NCBI RefSeq assembly: GCF_964355755.1
Contig: NC_092670.1
Coordinates: forward strand, 34,646,388 to 34,710,387
Length of the DNA: 64,000 nt
Reading direction: 5' to 3'
Origin: Antedon mediterranea
Lineage: Eukaryota > Animalia > Echinodermata
This document shows positions 23,539-37,055 of the stretch, piece by piece; position 1 is the first letter of the stretch, and each line of letters starts with the position of its first letter. A program made the translations under genes and the position numbers. The notes beneath the pieces were generated by a model that was given only the letters and a program-made list of their open reading frames with translations, ran no database searches and was not told the DNA's origin.

Positions 23539-26414
23539 AGCACAATACGCATCTAGACTGCGTGTACACAGCACTTACATAGATATGCACGCATATACAT
23601 GTGTTGCATGTGACATCTACAGCATGTGTGATGGCGTCAACGCACTACATATTTGGTTTTTATTGATATATGTATCTTTATTAATATCTTAAAGGGGTAA
23701 TAATTATTAATGTTAACTCAAAATTTCCCATTTTTTTTAATGCACCAATAATTTTCTATTTAAAGGATGATAATTTTATGAGTACAGGGTACTAGGGAGA
23801 GACCGTCCTATTATTTTTTATGGGTATTTTAATTACTATTTGCAATGTAGTATCGTATTTATTAATAGGGTGACAACTAAAATTTTTTTTCTTGGTGTTT
23901 GTGACCAAAACATTATTATATGGTAATCAACATCCTGGTTACATGATATACATGACTGCACAACGTTGCAATTAACTACAAAATGTCAGATAACAAACTG
24001 CGATAAAAAAAATGGCGATATCGTGTCACAGCAAATATTCCATGCAATATTTATATGTTGCCTGAGATAAATTAAAAGCTTTAGGAGTTATTAACAGAAC
24101 TGTGTTCTGCTCGAAAAGGGCTTTAATAGTGATGCAGACAATATAAAAACATCCTTCTTTTGTTCGTTTGGGATTGCCTGTTAAATTACTAAATGTTACG
24201 GTTCGTGCATGTGATTGCTGTATGCATGTATTTGTTAGCTATTATGTAAGCACACAGTAATATAAAGTAAAATGTTAACAAGCTAAACATAAGCACACAC
24301 TATCTTACAATATACTGTATATATTTGCACCATTTCTATGCCAATGTATATATCAAGCCATTATATTGCCCACCAATAATTTTTTTATTTGCTAATTAAC
24401 AACTTTTATTGGTAAAGCAATATTGTATATTGCTTAAAATTATGTATTATTTATGTTGAATGTTTTTAATCTGTAACCTGCTTGTATGTTTGTAATTAAA
24501 AAACAAAGTTTAACAAAAAAATATTTTTAATTATGAGTAGAAATTTAAAGAAAGAAATTATTTTGGTAATGATGATAAAAGAGGAGATTTATAAAAAGAG
24601 ACAATGTGAAACTTATTCTGTGCTCCAAAACCATACTATTAGAGGAGAAGCAGTTTACACACAACATACATAGTCTTGTTTTAGTTTATGTATACCATTT
24701 ATTAGTAATAATAACTCTAATCATTATTTCGTTCCTGCCCATATATGGGGTATATATAAATTTAAGAATAACTAACATACATAGGATTTCCAAGTTCAAA
24801 TTTGATTTATTTTTTACCCATGGTTTATCAATTGATTGGTTATACACAATTAGACATGAAATTAGGCATAAACATCACAACCACATCTTACCCCCCCCCC
24901 CCCCTTTCTTATTTCAACCCTCCATAAAGTGGCCAGTTCTTTAATAAATGAAATAAAACTTGTTATTCCAGCTACAGCATTAACAGCTCCTCAGTCAGGT
25001 AAATGTTGAGCAATGACCTCAGCACATTGTTATTGACACTTGGTAGTCCCAGGGCTAGAACATGGTTTCCCCACCAAAAGCACAAATATTCTCCATGATC
25101 ACATTTTATATATTTTACTGTTATTTGTATAAAACTGTTCAGATAGCCTATTGTCTAAACATTAAATGAAACAATTTAACTTAATCTACACATATATTTA
25201 CCTTTCCTTTACTATCTCACTATACATGTTAATATAAGTATTAAACACCACTGTAGTTTTAAGAGTCAATGATTTTAATAAAATTTATATCACTTTTAAA
25301 CCACATTTATAATAATCTGGAATAAAAAAAAAGAATTTTCACTAATTTAAGAAGATCCAGAGATCTAAAAATAATAATATATACTTAGTGTGTTATATAT
25401 ATTTTTGGCGAAAAAAATAGGGTTTACAAAGAGAATTTAGCACAAACTGTAAATGATCGTATAAGTGCCAGGTTTCAGTGCATCACTTGTTTGGGTGATG
25501 TGCAGGCCATTTATAACCACAGTATATTGATCTATGAGGTCCAAGTAATGTTAGTGTAGAATTGTATGCGCATACATTGAACAAATTACTGTATAAAGCT
25601 TGGTCCGCCCCTAGAACGTAACGCAAGGACGTAAACGCAACGCAAGCGTTTTAAACAATGACAAGTGAAGTTATAGACAGTTAGCAATCACAAGCGAATA
25701 AGCCATCGCTTGTGATTTGTCAATTCACTTGCGTTGCGTTACGTCCTTGCGTTGCGTCACTAGTGGGAACCACTTAAAGTATAGCCATGAAACACTTTAT
25801 TAATTGAAAAGTACTACTTAGTGGTTGTCCCCTGAAATACAGCCAGCTATTGGCTGAGGTGCTTATTCGATCATTTTGGTATCCATATTTATGGCTTGTT
25901 TAATAATATGTGTATATTGAATAATAAACACAATTATATATTCCACATTTAATCACATCACACTTTGTATATAAGAACTCCAGATGCATGCATGTGATGC
26001 TTGTACAGTATTGTACTACTACTCCATTATAATACTCTATTATTATATTTTCTTGTTTGAACTTTAATTCCAATAGGTTGAGGACGCTTGTTGTTCTTCC
26101 ATCTCATCTTCAACGTCTTTTATACAGCGACAACCTCAACTCAACATCATCTGGATATTTTCCGTTTTTTGTATATTTTATTTCTGTACCATTTCTTATG
26201 TAATTTTCATGCAATGAAAGTGGATAAAGGTCAACCCACTAAATAACTAAGGTTATACCAGAGTATGTATGTTATATTTCACATTTGTGATAAATTATTT
26301 CTTTATTCTATGGTAAGTTAAGTTGAAATATGTAATTTAAATAAAATATGCACAAGATATTCCATATCGTTTTATATAAAAAATGCCCAATGCGCTGGAG
26401 TAATGTATTTTACT

Positions 26415-26600
26415 GCAGTAGAACCCTCCTTTGGTACACCCCTATTAAGGGGACGCTCCTATTAAGGGGACATTTTTATGTGAAACGAACAAAGGGCAAT
26501 AGATATATATTTGCACTACAATCAACCCCTATTCAGGGGACACCCCTATTATATTAAGGAGATACTTGTTGGGCCCCAGACGTGATAGAGCTTCTACTCT
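26415..26600. mobile_element. Tc1/mariner(pogo)-like MITE with CAGTAG end; related left end at 12141
   Basis: CAGTAGAACCCTC...internal CTATTAAGGGGAC repeats...GAGCTTCTACT. Confidence 0.6.
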
Positions 26601-27379
26601 AATAACTTTTCTAACAATATAAATTATTTCAAAAAGCAAGTCTGTTTACTGTTCATATTATGGGTACCCTTTTGGCCAAGTGTTGTCTTTTTGCCTTACT
26701 TATTTTCGTAAGTCCAATCAAAAAGAATTAGAACTTTGCAAAATATTGAATAAAAAAAGAAAATAACTCCATAAGCCTCAAATGAGACTTTATAAGCACA
26801 ATCAATTATAAAATAGTTCATCGCTGCTGCTGGATGAATATGAAATTTAAAAAAATATTATAATTGGGTGGTTTGAGGAAAACATAACATTAATTTTATA
26901 TATAAAGTACTGATTTTTTTCACATTTCACCAAATAGTTTTAACAAACCAATTTTAACATGTGTCATAACAAATATTCATTTACTAAATATTTCTTCTAG
27001 AAATTTTTCTATTGTAATTGCCAAATTTTCAATATTGTAATTTTTTTAGAAAATAGTATTTTAAAAAGAAAGCACTTGTAATTAGTAAATTTGTAGAATA
27101 AGATAGTAAACAAAAAATTAGTAAATTTGTAACATTTTCTATGTTAAAATTATTTACTGTATTATGTAATTTGTTAAATATTTGTTTTAATATTAAAGAG
27201 GCTGGTACTAATATAATAGAGTATTTATTCTTCAAAATCATGGAATAATTAATTTTTGTTGTTAAACATTGTAATTTAACGTTCAACATGCTTGAGCAAA
27301 CCATAGAGATATTATATCTCTATGAGCAAACTAAACTAGGCGAACCTGCTTAGTTTCATTGTGCTGTGCACAGAATATG

Positions 27380-27650
27380 AAAACCCTGGTTGTGCACTGA
27401 AGCATAACCAATTCCCTGCTTGTGCACTGGAGCATAACAGATTCCCTGCTTGTGCACCGCCGAAGCAGACAAAAACCACCTGCTTGTGCACTGAAACATA
27501 AACAAATCCCTGCTTGTGCACCGAAGCAGACAAAAACCACCTGCTTGTGCACTGAAGCATAAACAATTCTCAGCTTGTGTACTAGAGCATGGAAGATTCC
27601 CTGCTTGTGCACCGAAGCATAAAAGATTCCCTGCTTGTACACCACTGCAT
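27380..27650. repeat. Degenerate minisatellite of about 30 bp (CTGCTTGTGCACTGAAGCATAA..)
   Basis: About 9 units sharing the core TTGTGCAC.GAAGCA. Confidence 0.9.
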
Positions 27651-28436
27651 AAAAAACAAACAACTTTTTATCTGTGTTTGAAAGCATCATGAAAAATTAA
27701 AGCGTAATTGTGAATTAACTCAATCACGATGAACATATGCCTACTTTAGATTCTTTTTACAACAATAGTGTATTGTGTCTATGTGGCAGGGAAGTGGTTT
27801 TACTTGTGATCTGTAGTCATTCTTGTTTGCACTCACCCTTTATGTTAATGTTGGTTACATCCCTGCTGTAGTACAATAGATATGCAAGTAATTTTTATTT
27901 TGTCAACAGAATTTCTTTTTGTAAACATAACTGTACTGTTTTCTAATAAATGCTTATACATGTTTATTATGAATTAGAATGTTTAATTTCATAATTATGG
28001 TAATTCACATAGTAATTTATAACATGGGTTCAATGATGTAGCCAATCAGATGTGCCACATCTCCACTAACGCACTCTGACTTGTGCATTGTTTGTACAAT
28101 ATTGCACTATTAAAACAATAATATACATTGATGACAACCTTTCTTTTTTTCAAACATTGTTTGACCAGGCTCTAGTTTACTCAATTAGCTTACTCAAATG
28201 TCGTCATCCATACAACCTAAACACTAAATGAAATTCTTAACCAACTATAAAGACACTTAGAGAGCAAAAACCTCCGCCTAGGCATATGAAAATGATGTTC
28301 CCATAGAGCTATGTAACCAAATCGCAAGTTTGAAAGTATTTTTGGATGGCCTGGCCATATTTCCATCTCAACAAGATTTACTGTGATGTTAGCTACAAAT
28401 TAATTCAATTAAAAGCATGTTCTATGAATGGTATAA

Positions 28437-31400
28437 TCAGTATTCAGTGTGTTCAGTGGTCATAACCTGTTTCATGCCAACAGATAGCATGTCTCGACGT
28501 GGTGGTTTAATTGGCTTAATTGTGGCCAGCATCATTTTAGCATATGGGTTCTCGTGAAGTCCCGCTTTCCTGAGGGCCTCCTCCATACGTAAACGTGGGT
28601 CAGCTTGCACCTGTCAAAATTAAAAAAACAAAATTTATCTCACTTTATTTATTGATCAATACTATACTTTATTAATATTCATGAGGAAGAAAAATATGAA
28701 TATTCATTAGTTTCAATATCAATCTCTATACAGTAGGTAATCGTAGGCCTGTATAGAATTAATAATCAGAATTCAAGTAGAAGACACATCAACTTACAGT
28801 TTCTGAGGTGAAGCTAACCAGATCAAATAGTGGTTTCTGCATATTGATGTCTTCTTGTACGCCGATTCCTTTCTTCGCATTTGATGCCTAAAACAAGTAA
28901 GAACATTAACAATGTATGTGAATCATTCAGGCTCCAAAATCAGTTATTGCAATCCATAGCCCAAATTATTTATTTGAATACTAACCACTGTATCTTGCAT
29001 CATTCTAACTGGATCATAATCAACATGAACTTCGACCTGAAACAAAATAAGATTCAAAGGTCAATAGGAAATTGCATTTTTTGACTGCATTTGTGAGTAC
29101 AATTTGTAATATTTGTTTGCGTTGTTACCTGTTGCCGTAAAGCATCCAATCGTTGTTCTCGTTTTAGATCTTCTTTTTTAAGTTCTCGTTCTTCCTCCTT
29201 CATCTTTTCTCTTTCAATTAAAAGCTGTTCACGGAACTCAACACTATAAAAAAGCAATTATTGTCTATTTTAATAATTTTCAAAAACTATAAAAACCCTT
29301 TTAACATTCCTGTTATGTTGATTCTACAGCTGAAGACAATGATGATGGTAGTTATGATCTTGATAATGTTAATCTTAATGATTATCATTATGATTATCTT
29401 GATCCTAATGTAAACTTGAGGTTAATTATCTAGATCAGTGCTAATCTAGATGATATTAAACATGTAGATATTGATGTTCTTATGATGATTTTATAGTCAT
29501 CATAATTATCATTATCTTGATGGTGACCTAAATGTAATTAAACTTGATGTTCTTGATCTAGATGACATTCTGCTAATCTAGATAATAATCATGCTTATAT
29601 TGATAATAATGTATAGTCATCATAATGGTCAAACTTAATAACGATTATGAATTGTTATTGATGAAGATAAGGTCAAAGTTCAAACCGTTGTTGATCGTGA
29701 ATTGCCTGTTTTGCCATTTCCTCTTTAAGTTCAGCCAGTCTTTTCTCGTCAGCCTCTCTTTGTTGAGCTTGAGCTTTTTCTAATTTCACATGAAACTCAT
29801 CGATCTTAATGTAAGTAGATACCAAAAATGACAAAGATGTATTATCCACCAAAAGTTCCCCTCTCACCTCAGTTTTGGGGGTTCCTCTTTCACTTCAGAT
29901 TGGGGTGCCTCTCTCACCTCAGATCTGAGGTACTTCTCTCATATCAATTTTGGGGGTGCCCCACTCACTTCAGTTTGGAAGGTTCCCCTCTCACCAAAGT
30001 TTGCGACGTGCCCTCTCACCTCTGTTTTGGGAAGCCTTTTTCACCTCAGCTTTTGGGGGTACATCTCTCTCTCTCAAGGGGGCTGTATACATCAGTTATT
30101 ACAACCCTCAGTTACTTCACAATACTTACCTCTAGCTTTTTAGTAGCTCTTCTCTTCTTTTCTTTCTCTAGTTCTTTCATTTGTTTCCGATGTAATTTCT
30201 CTTGATTCCTGGCAAAGATCTCAGCCTCCAACTGCAAAGCTTCTTGCTTTTGCTCATGCCAAATTTTTAACTAAAATAAAATGTATACAGTAATATATTA
30301 GTCAGACTGATTGATTCTCTGCTCAGCCCAGTTGGATATATGCCTAGAGTAGTAGCTTCTTAAAGGAATAAAGCTGGCTACCTTATCTTCAAGTTCTTGG
30401 CAAATTTGCTTCTGTTTCTGTCTGTTTATTGCCTTAATAAACTCTAACTCTTTTGCGAGACAGGCATCTGCAAACGTAGATGCTACGCGGTTGAACAACT
30501 CCTGCTTGTCTCTCGCCCAGCATTTAATCAACACTTTACGAGTCTCATTGTAAAAACGGTCACCGATAATCCATTCTTCATGGGTAACCTATATGCAAAT
30601 TAAAAGAAAATACACTATGATTGTATGAAAGAAAATACACTATGATTGTATGAAAGAAAATTACAAAGCAAATAAGGAGTATTTATTTTAACCAAAATAA
30701 GAATTAATTTTTTTGTAATATAGTAAGTCTATTTTTTATTGTTTATCAAAAATAAATCATTTGAAATTAGATCAATTTTTTATAGATTATTGTCATGTGT
30801 TTTGAAAAACTTACAAAATCAGCTCTAGTTTTATGTGGGAGTAGCCTTTTCAACATGTCTAAATAGAGCGTCCTTCGGTTCGGACATGTAGGTGGGTAGC
30901 GTTCAACTGTTGATTGGAAAACAAGATGATCCTCTTCTTCCCATCCATCCATTGGATTTCTAATTTAAAAATATTTTACAAATTTTAAAAACCATAAAAG
31001 TATCATTAAAGATGTATTGTCCCCATGAAAAAATATTTTTAACAATTTTTTGTTGAATATGAAATTTTAATGTCACATAATATTTATTCACTTTGACCAA
31101 AAATTGGACAAAAAAAATACCAAATTATTTACTTGAAAAAACTGTAATTTAAAGCAAAAAATAGTCAAATTGGCTGCCAGCTGATAAGTTTTTGGTTGAA
31201 TTTAATAAATTATTTGGTCACTTAACCCAAAATATTATTTGTTGGAGTTTTTTTCTACAGAAAAAAATCCCAATCTTTGATTTTCATGTTTTTAAATCAA
31301 AATAAAGAAATGTACAATTTGTATTACCCTATAATATGTAAATGTTTAGAATCCAGATCCCTCAGCTTCATTTTGTAACATTCATCTAAAACCAAAAACT

Positions 31401-32681
31401 GTTCCAAAACTTGTGATTTCAAATCTCCATCTGGACATTCTAAAATGTATGCCTCGTCAGGAATTCCTTCAAGGACCATTTTACTAAAGGGCGACATAAC
31501 ATCTTGTAAATGTTTTAAGCCTTTTAGTTCAGACTCAATACACAGCTGTTCATACCTCAACTTATCAAGAATTTCAGTTTCTTGCGCTTTCACACTATCG
31601 ATAACCGAACAGATATTTTTCTGTTGAAATACTAAATTCTCGCTTGGATTGTGTAAATCATCTTCGTTTTGTGACATCCACGATTGTAGATCCTCTCTTA
31701 ATGTCCAAACGGGTTCAAGTGTTGCAGATTTGAATTGTTTTAAATCGTTCTTTAACTCTTCTATGTAATCTTCCACGTCAAACATGAACATTGTAATTAT
31801 AGAGTTTTCTAACGTGCCATGGTCAATGAACAAATCACAGTCGTTACTCGTCCTTTTCCGTAACGATTCAAGTCGTGTGCACTCTTTTAACCATGCCGAA
31901 CAATGCTGTTTTATTAGGTTGTTCTCACGATTAGCTTTTGAAAATGAGGATAGTTTTTGCATTTTCATTAACATTAGATTTCCTGATATCTTTTTGTCAA
32001 GTGTATATGACTTTAATTTATCATAATCTACTCTAGCATATCGACTGCTTCCTAGACCTTCCTTCATTCGTACTACTAGTTTATCTAAAAAAAAAACATG
32101 AACAGTATTACCCAAATTTATAGGACAACTTGAAATAATGAATACAAATAATACAAAGATGCCCATGGGTACTGTTCACCACCACTCAGGGGCGGTAGCA
32201 TGTCACTGAGGCCGGACGATGGAGGTTTTGTTTTTAGCCTTTTTTTCGACATATTTGAATGTAAGCTCCAGGGCCCCTTGGTTTAGCCAATGAGCACTCA
32301 TCAGGGCGGATTCAAGGAGTGGCCCTTGCTGAGTTAAGTGTGAATAAAAGCTTCTTATTTAAAACCTTCACAGTACACTTCCAGACATTTTGATACCCCA
32401 TGTGTATGGATGCGTACAATAGCAAAACAACTGCAACAAACAGTGAGAAAAATGTGTATACGTGCAGTAGCTAAAACTTGTAACATCAATGAACAATACA
32501 ACAATGTACTGTATATAAAAGGTATGAATGAAAATGATAACCCAGGCCAGGAATGGAAGTTCAACCAACATTTTTTTTTCACTTTGAACGATGTGTACAG
32601 ACCTGTTTTATCATCTCTTGCAATTTCTTTTCTTCCAATTCTATGATTAGACAAGAAACTTCTCATATCACGACCTGTCAT
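28437..32681 (-). CDS. CCDC148: Coiled-coil domain-containing protein 148, complete, 10 coding exons
   Basis: Exons on -: 32681-32603, 32084-31328, 30959-30815, 30588-30382, 30270-30130, 29804-29686, 29243-29129, 29036-28986, 28887-28798, 28610-28437; all GT-AG and in frame. N-terminus MTGRDMRSFLSNHR...KLVVRMKEGLGSSRYARVDYDKL; internal LEPVWTLREDL and RRTLYLDMLKRLLPHKTR; C-terminus DPRLRMEEALRKAGLH...KPPRRDM. These match CCDC148 motifs as I recall them. Confidence 0.93.
29850..30080. repeat. Degenerate repeat of about 24 bp (CCCTCTCACCTCAGTTTTGGGGG) in a CCDC148 intron
   Basis: About 9 diverged units. Confidence 0.75.
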
Positions 32682-33829
32682 TTTGTTTTGTCATTTATTA
32701 CCTGTGGTATAAAAGATTTAAGAAAATTAAAAATTAAATTACACAGACAGGCCGTGTTTTATGAGTTCCATCGTTTTAAATTAAACTGCACCATTTGTCC
32801 TCTTATTCGCAATCAACTTTAATAGTTAGGCGTAGGCCTTGCCTACAATACCTCTTGTTACTTCCAGACTAGGCCTAGGATAGCCTAGGCCTAGTTGAAT
32901 ACCAGCCTAGTAAGGGCTACAACAAGCAAGTAAGTGTAGGCCTCTAGGCCTAGCCTACTTATAAATATAGGCCTAGCCTAGGCCTAGTACTACTAGGCCT
33001 AGGCTACTAGTAGTAGGTAAGCTAGGATATTAGCCCCCCTCTACTATCATAATCTGTCTAGTCTACCTTAGCCCTAGCTATATTTTAACTATTTTATTAA
33101 TTGTTAAATCCCTTTGCTTTACGTTACGCTACCTAGGAGCTAGGCTGAGATATTATTAGATATAGGCCTAGGCGTAGGCTAGGCGCCGTATTATAATATT
33201 ATTATTTTATGTTTACAGTTGCCATTTTTTGTTGCCTACAAGGGTTAGTATGCAACGCCGTTGGTGCCTGATAATAATAATACGTTAACACAGCTCTCTC
33301 TCTCAAGAAACACCCATCATGTAAAAAAAACATGATGCTGCCCTCTATACCTGTGATCATTCAAGCATACAGTAAGTACACCTGATGAATGCTTAGAACA
33401 GAATGGGGACCGACATAATAAGCACCACATACCAAAAGAACTGAGTCAACATACATGAAAAGAGATCGATTCGTTGAATGCCACTGAACCCTTTTTTTTG
33501 TGACGTGTAGTAAGTATTCTTTTCAAATATAATTTCAATTATATATTTAACACAATTACATAATATGCGTTTTTTTTATGCCTCAATAGTCTTATTATTA
33601 TAGCCTAGGCCTACTAAAAGGATTTTTTTCCTAACAAGCCGTTCCTCCCACCACCACAACAACAACGAGTCTTCATATAGTTAGTAAACACAGCAGACGA
33701 CCAACCTGGTGGGGAAGGTTGAAATTTGTATGACCTTCCAAGCTAATATCAAACACAACTAGGTGCTCGTAATAGTTTAATATTACACAGAATTACAGAC
33801 TGTTTTTGTTTATATTTTATAAATATTAT

Positions 33830-34411
33830 TTAAAGACACCTTCCCTACAATTTGTGACGTTTTGTAAAAATAATATATATATATTACTTTAAAAACATTA
33901 AACCAGGTCATTCCTTGTCTTAAATGTACGTTTTATGGTAAATTATGATAAAAAGTGAGAAACAATGCACTACCTAGGTAGCTCGCGGTGACTGACCTCT
34001 CGTGGACGGTCTTTAGTTTTGTAGGCCTAGCTGGTAAACATCGGTAACGTACGAACATCGTACGCTAGCTATACTGTATACCTAGCCTGACGTTGTATAG
34101 TTGCTGCATTTATAAATTGTCTTTCTATTTTTGCCAGACTCCGTTGATACAAATTCCATTTGTTTTGGCCTCGCGATCGATCGATAAGTGGGTGAATTAC
34201 AGAAGAAAAACAGAAATATCAATCCGCGCGCAATGCATTTTGGGATTTATAGCAGGCCGCTATAATTATTAGAATTGACTTATTTTTCACAATTTTAACC
34301 ATTTAAAGATGAAAAAAGTTATCGCAATAGGACCATATAGTATTATTTTTAGATTAAATATAGTTTGTGATCTTAAAATAGATCTAAAAAACATAGGGAA
34401 GGTGTCTTTAA
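33830..34411. mobile_element. Non-autonomous TTAA DNA transposon (Kolobok-like)
   Basis: TTAA-AGACACCTTCCCTA ... TAGGGAAGGTGTCT-TTAA, perfect TIRs. Confidence 0.85.
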
Positions 34412-35949
34412 CACCACAACATGATGAACCATCACAACTGACTAGTTACAATAATAATAAAAAATCAAATTATTATAATGAAATAAAATTGTAGATGAAG
34501 AATTCAAATTACCGTATCCATACTTCTAAAAACTAAAGGTACAGTAATTATTGAGGGGCGCTTCCGTTTGCTAAAGGTACGGTAAAATTGCATTTATAAA
34601 ACTCGTACCTAAAAATAAAACTTGTTCCTAAATATTAAAACTCGTTCATAAATATTAAAAACCTAACCCTCTAAATATTCTTAAATTAAAACCTAAAAAA
34701 ATGTCAAGTAGAGAATCGAACCTGCAACCCCTTAAGCCATAGCCTCATTAGAAGGCCCACGAAGCCACACAGCTGAAAACCATTGCCATAACCGATTTAA
34801 CTAACATCTATCGTGATTTAGTTTTAGCTTTTTTTGTCCTCTTTTTACAGTCATACTGCTTTTAGTTTTAATCGGTTATTATTTTGTACCTTGGCAATTG
34901 TTTATCAGGTGTCATTGGTATTCTGTTGTTCCATGCTTTCATTCTAGAGCTCGCATTACCTTCTCACTATACAGAAAAAACAAACTCACACCCCTGTTAT
35001 TGTTAGAGTAAATTCTTTATGTAACAATATAATTTCTCGTTGGTCTCAACAACTAAATAAGTAGAGGTGAGCCACCACCGTTTAAAAAACTGTGGACACA
35101 CCTAGTGGATTATTAAAGAAAAAGTAGGGAACAGGTGATTTCAGTAAGAGAAAAAAAATGCACTCTGCCTCTTACCACCACCCGCCTTGTGCAAAAAAAC
35201 CCATGGGTTATTAAAGATTTAAGGTGTGTTTTTGGAGTAGATAAAACAAGAGAGTCAGTTTCACAGCGAAGACCTTTTCCTACGCTCACGCTAAGGTCAA
35301 ATTTTCTTTTGCAAAATTTGCAAAAGGTCGCCATTTTTTTTCCCGCAAAATTGAAAATTCTTTAGAAAATTTTAAAAACCATGAAAATGGCTAAATATTT
35401 TGGTAGATACATCAAAATAAATATATAGGTTGTTGTCTTGTATTGTTTTTATTTTTATTCATTCCAAATTATTGATTAAAATACAAATAAAACACGACCG
35501 CATTAAAATATGTTAGGCATATCTTCTGTGGCCTGATGCGATACCAGTTGCCACGGCCATAGCCTATAGGAGGCCTATTCAATGGTTGACTATATGCCAC
35601 AGTCGAGTCATGTATGATCGGCGTCAGGCCTCTATCAATTATCAGCATATGCAGCCTGCCTGGATAAAGTTTTTATCACAAACAAAAAATTATTTTTGCA
35701 AGTTTTGCGAATGATATAATTTTTTTTCCGCAAATTGACAACTCCAAGCTTTCGTTTTGGGACATGAATTGAGATTAAATCCTGCAGATAAAGAGTGCTT
35801 TTAAAGTAAAAAAACACCACCTCCCATTTTTAAACTTCAGATGTACTGTATGTACAGTATTAGCCATTGACATGAATCTCAAAAATCATGACACACCATC
35901 AACATTCATCTTGTATGATGTACAGTATAACTATACTGTATTAAATAGG

Positions 35950-36185
35950 TGAACAGACGATCGGGGCCAAAGACGATTTTTTTAGGTTCCCGGTGTCTTA
36001 GGTGTTGGGACCGATAGTCTTAACATTGGGCACAATGGCCAAGTGTATCGTTTGTAAATCCGTTCCATAGTTTATAATTAAGTTCTCTGCAAACAATGTT
36101 TAATTGAGCCCAAATGTTTACAAAGTTGGGCCGCGAACGTCTTTAAAAAAGCCCGATAGCCTGGCCCTCATCGTCTGTCAATCAT
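35950..36185. mobile_element. MITE with ACAGACGAT..GGGCCA TIRs
   Basis: ACAGACGATCGGGGCCA / TGGCCCTCATCGTCTGT. Confidence 0.6.
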
Positions 36186-36612
36186 TAAATAACATCCAAC
36201 GTTGGATTGTATGATCTCTGTAATGTTTTTATTCAAACACAGTATTAAAACTGTTCTGATAATCAAATGTGTATATATAATGTAGAGCTACTAGAAAGAT
36301 ACAAAATTATTGTTAAATACAAATAAATGTTAATAATCTTTTTTATTCTAATTATAGGACTTTGATTGAAATAAGTATTTGAACTTATTCTATACACTTG
36401 AGATATGAATCAGTTGCTAAAACTAAAGGAATCAGTTTTTCACTTTTAATTTTCAAATTGAATTATAAATTATGGATATTATGGATACCAATGCAATGTG
36501 AGTACTATACTTTCATTTTCAGTTTTATTTTTTTAGAAATAATTACTGTAGTTGTCTTTTCTTTTGTCATTTGACTTGCACTCTTATCGTATATATATCC
36601 AAATTCCCTCAC

Positions 36613-36655
36613 TTGCACTGATGAAGGGCTAGTGTTGCCCGAAAGCTCTGCTAAC
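36613..36655 (+). ncRNA. Minimal type I hammerhead ribozyme in a (TA)n-flanked repeat module (36590-36777)
   Basis: GCA-CTGATGA-aGGGC tagtgtt GCCC-GAAA-GC-TC-TGC: intact core, 4-bp stem II, palindromic AGCT stem III, 3-bp stem I. The module's 3' end recurs at 4390-4443. Confidence 0.7.
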
Positions 36656-37055
36656 TTTTGATTTAGCTTTTCGCTTTTTTTTTTTTTTTGTATCTCCATT
36701 GAGATCCAGCCACTGATACCCACAGCATTGTCATTTTTTTCAGTAATTTGCCTTTGGATTTATATATATATATATATCTCAGTTGGGCAACTTTTTCTCA
36801 TTCTCACAGATTTCCTCATCTTTTTCCTCAAATTAATTAATTAAATTTCAGTATATCACCGGGCGGTTTAGAATTAATGTTCATTGCCTGATGTGTTTAT
36901 ATAAAAGTATCTCTTCGGAGATCCCGCCTCGTGAATAAAAATACTGAAAGATGAGGGCGTATCAATTTGATCTCTGGTGCGCGTGCTGTTCCACTGTACC
37001 ACGCCGAGAATGTTAAAGAGTCGCTATCCAATCGAGTTTGAACAATACCATGAAA

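Noticed and set aside
23483-23692. 69-aa ORF MGSLKGK...
   Set aside because: Wrong frame over the final integrin exon and 3' UTR.
24972-24998. Alternative integrin cytoplasmic exon (A/B-type)
   Set aside because: In the required phase it gives only LQH* and has no GFFKR; no second GFFKR exon was seen.
32085-32166. Hydrophobic signal-peptide-like start MGIFVLFVFII of the 280-aa ORF
   Set aside because: Intronic read-through upstream of the acceptor at 32085; the real N-terminus comes from exon 32681-32603.
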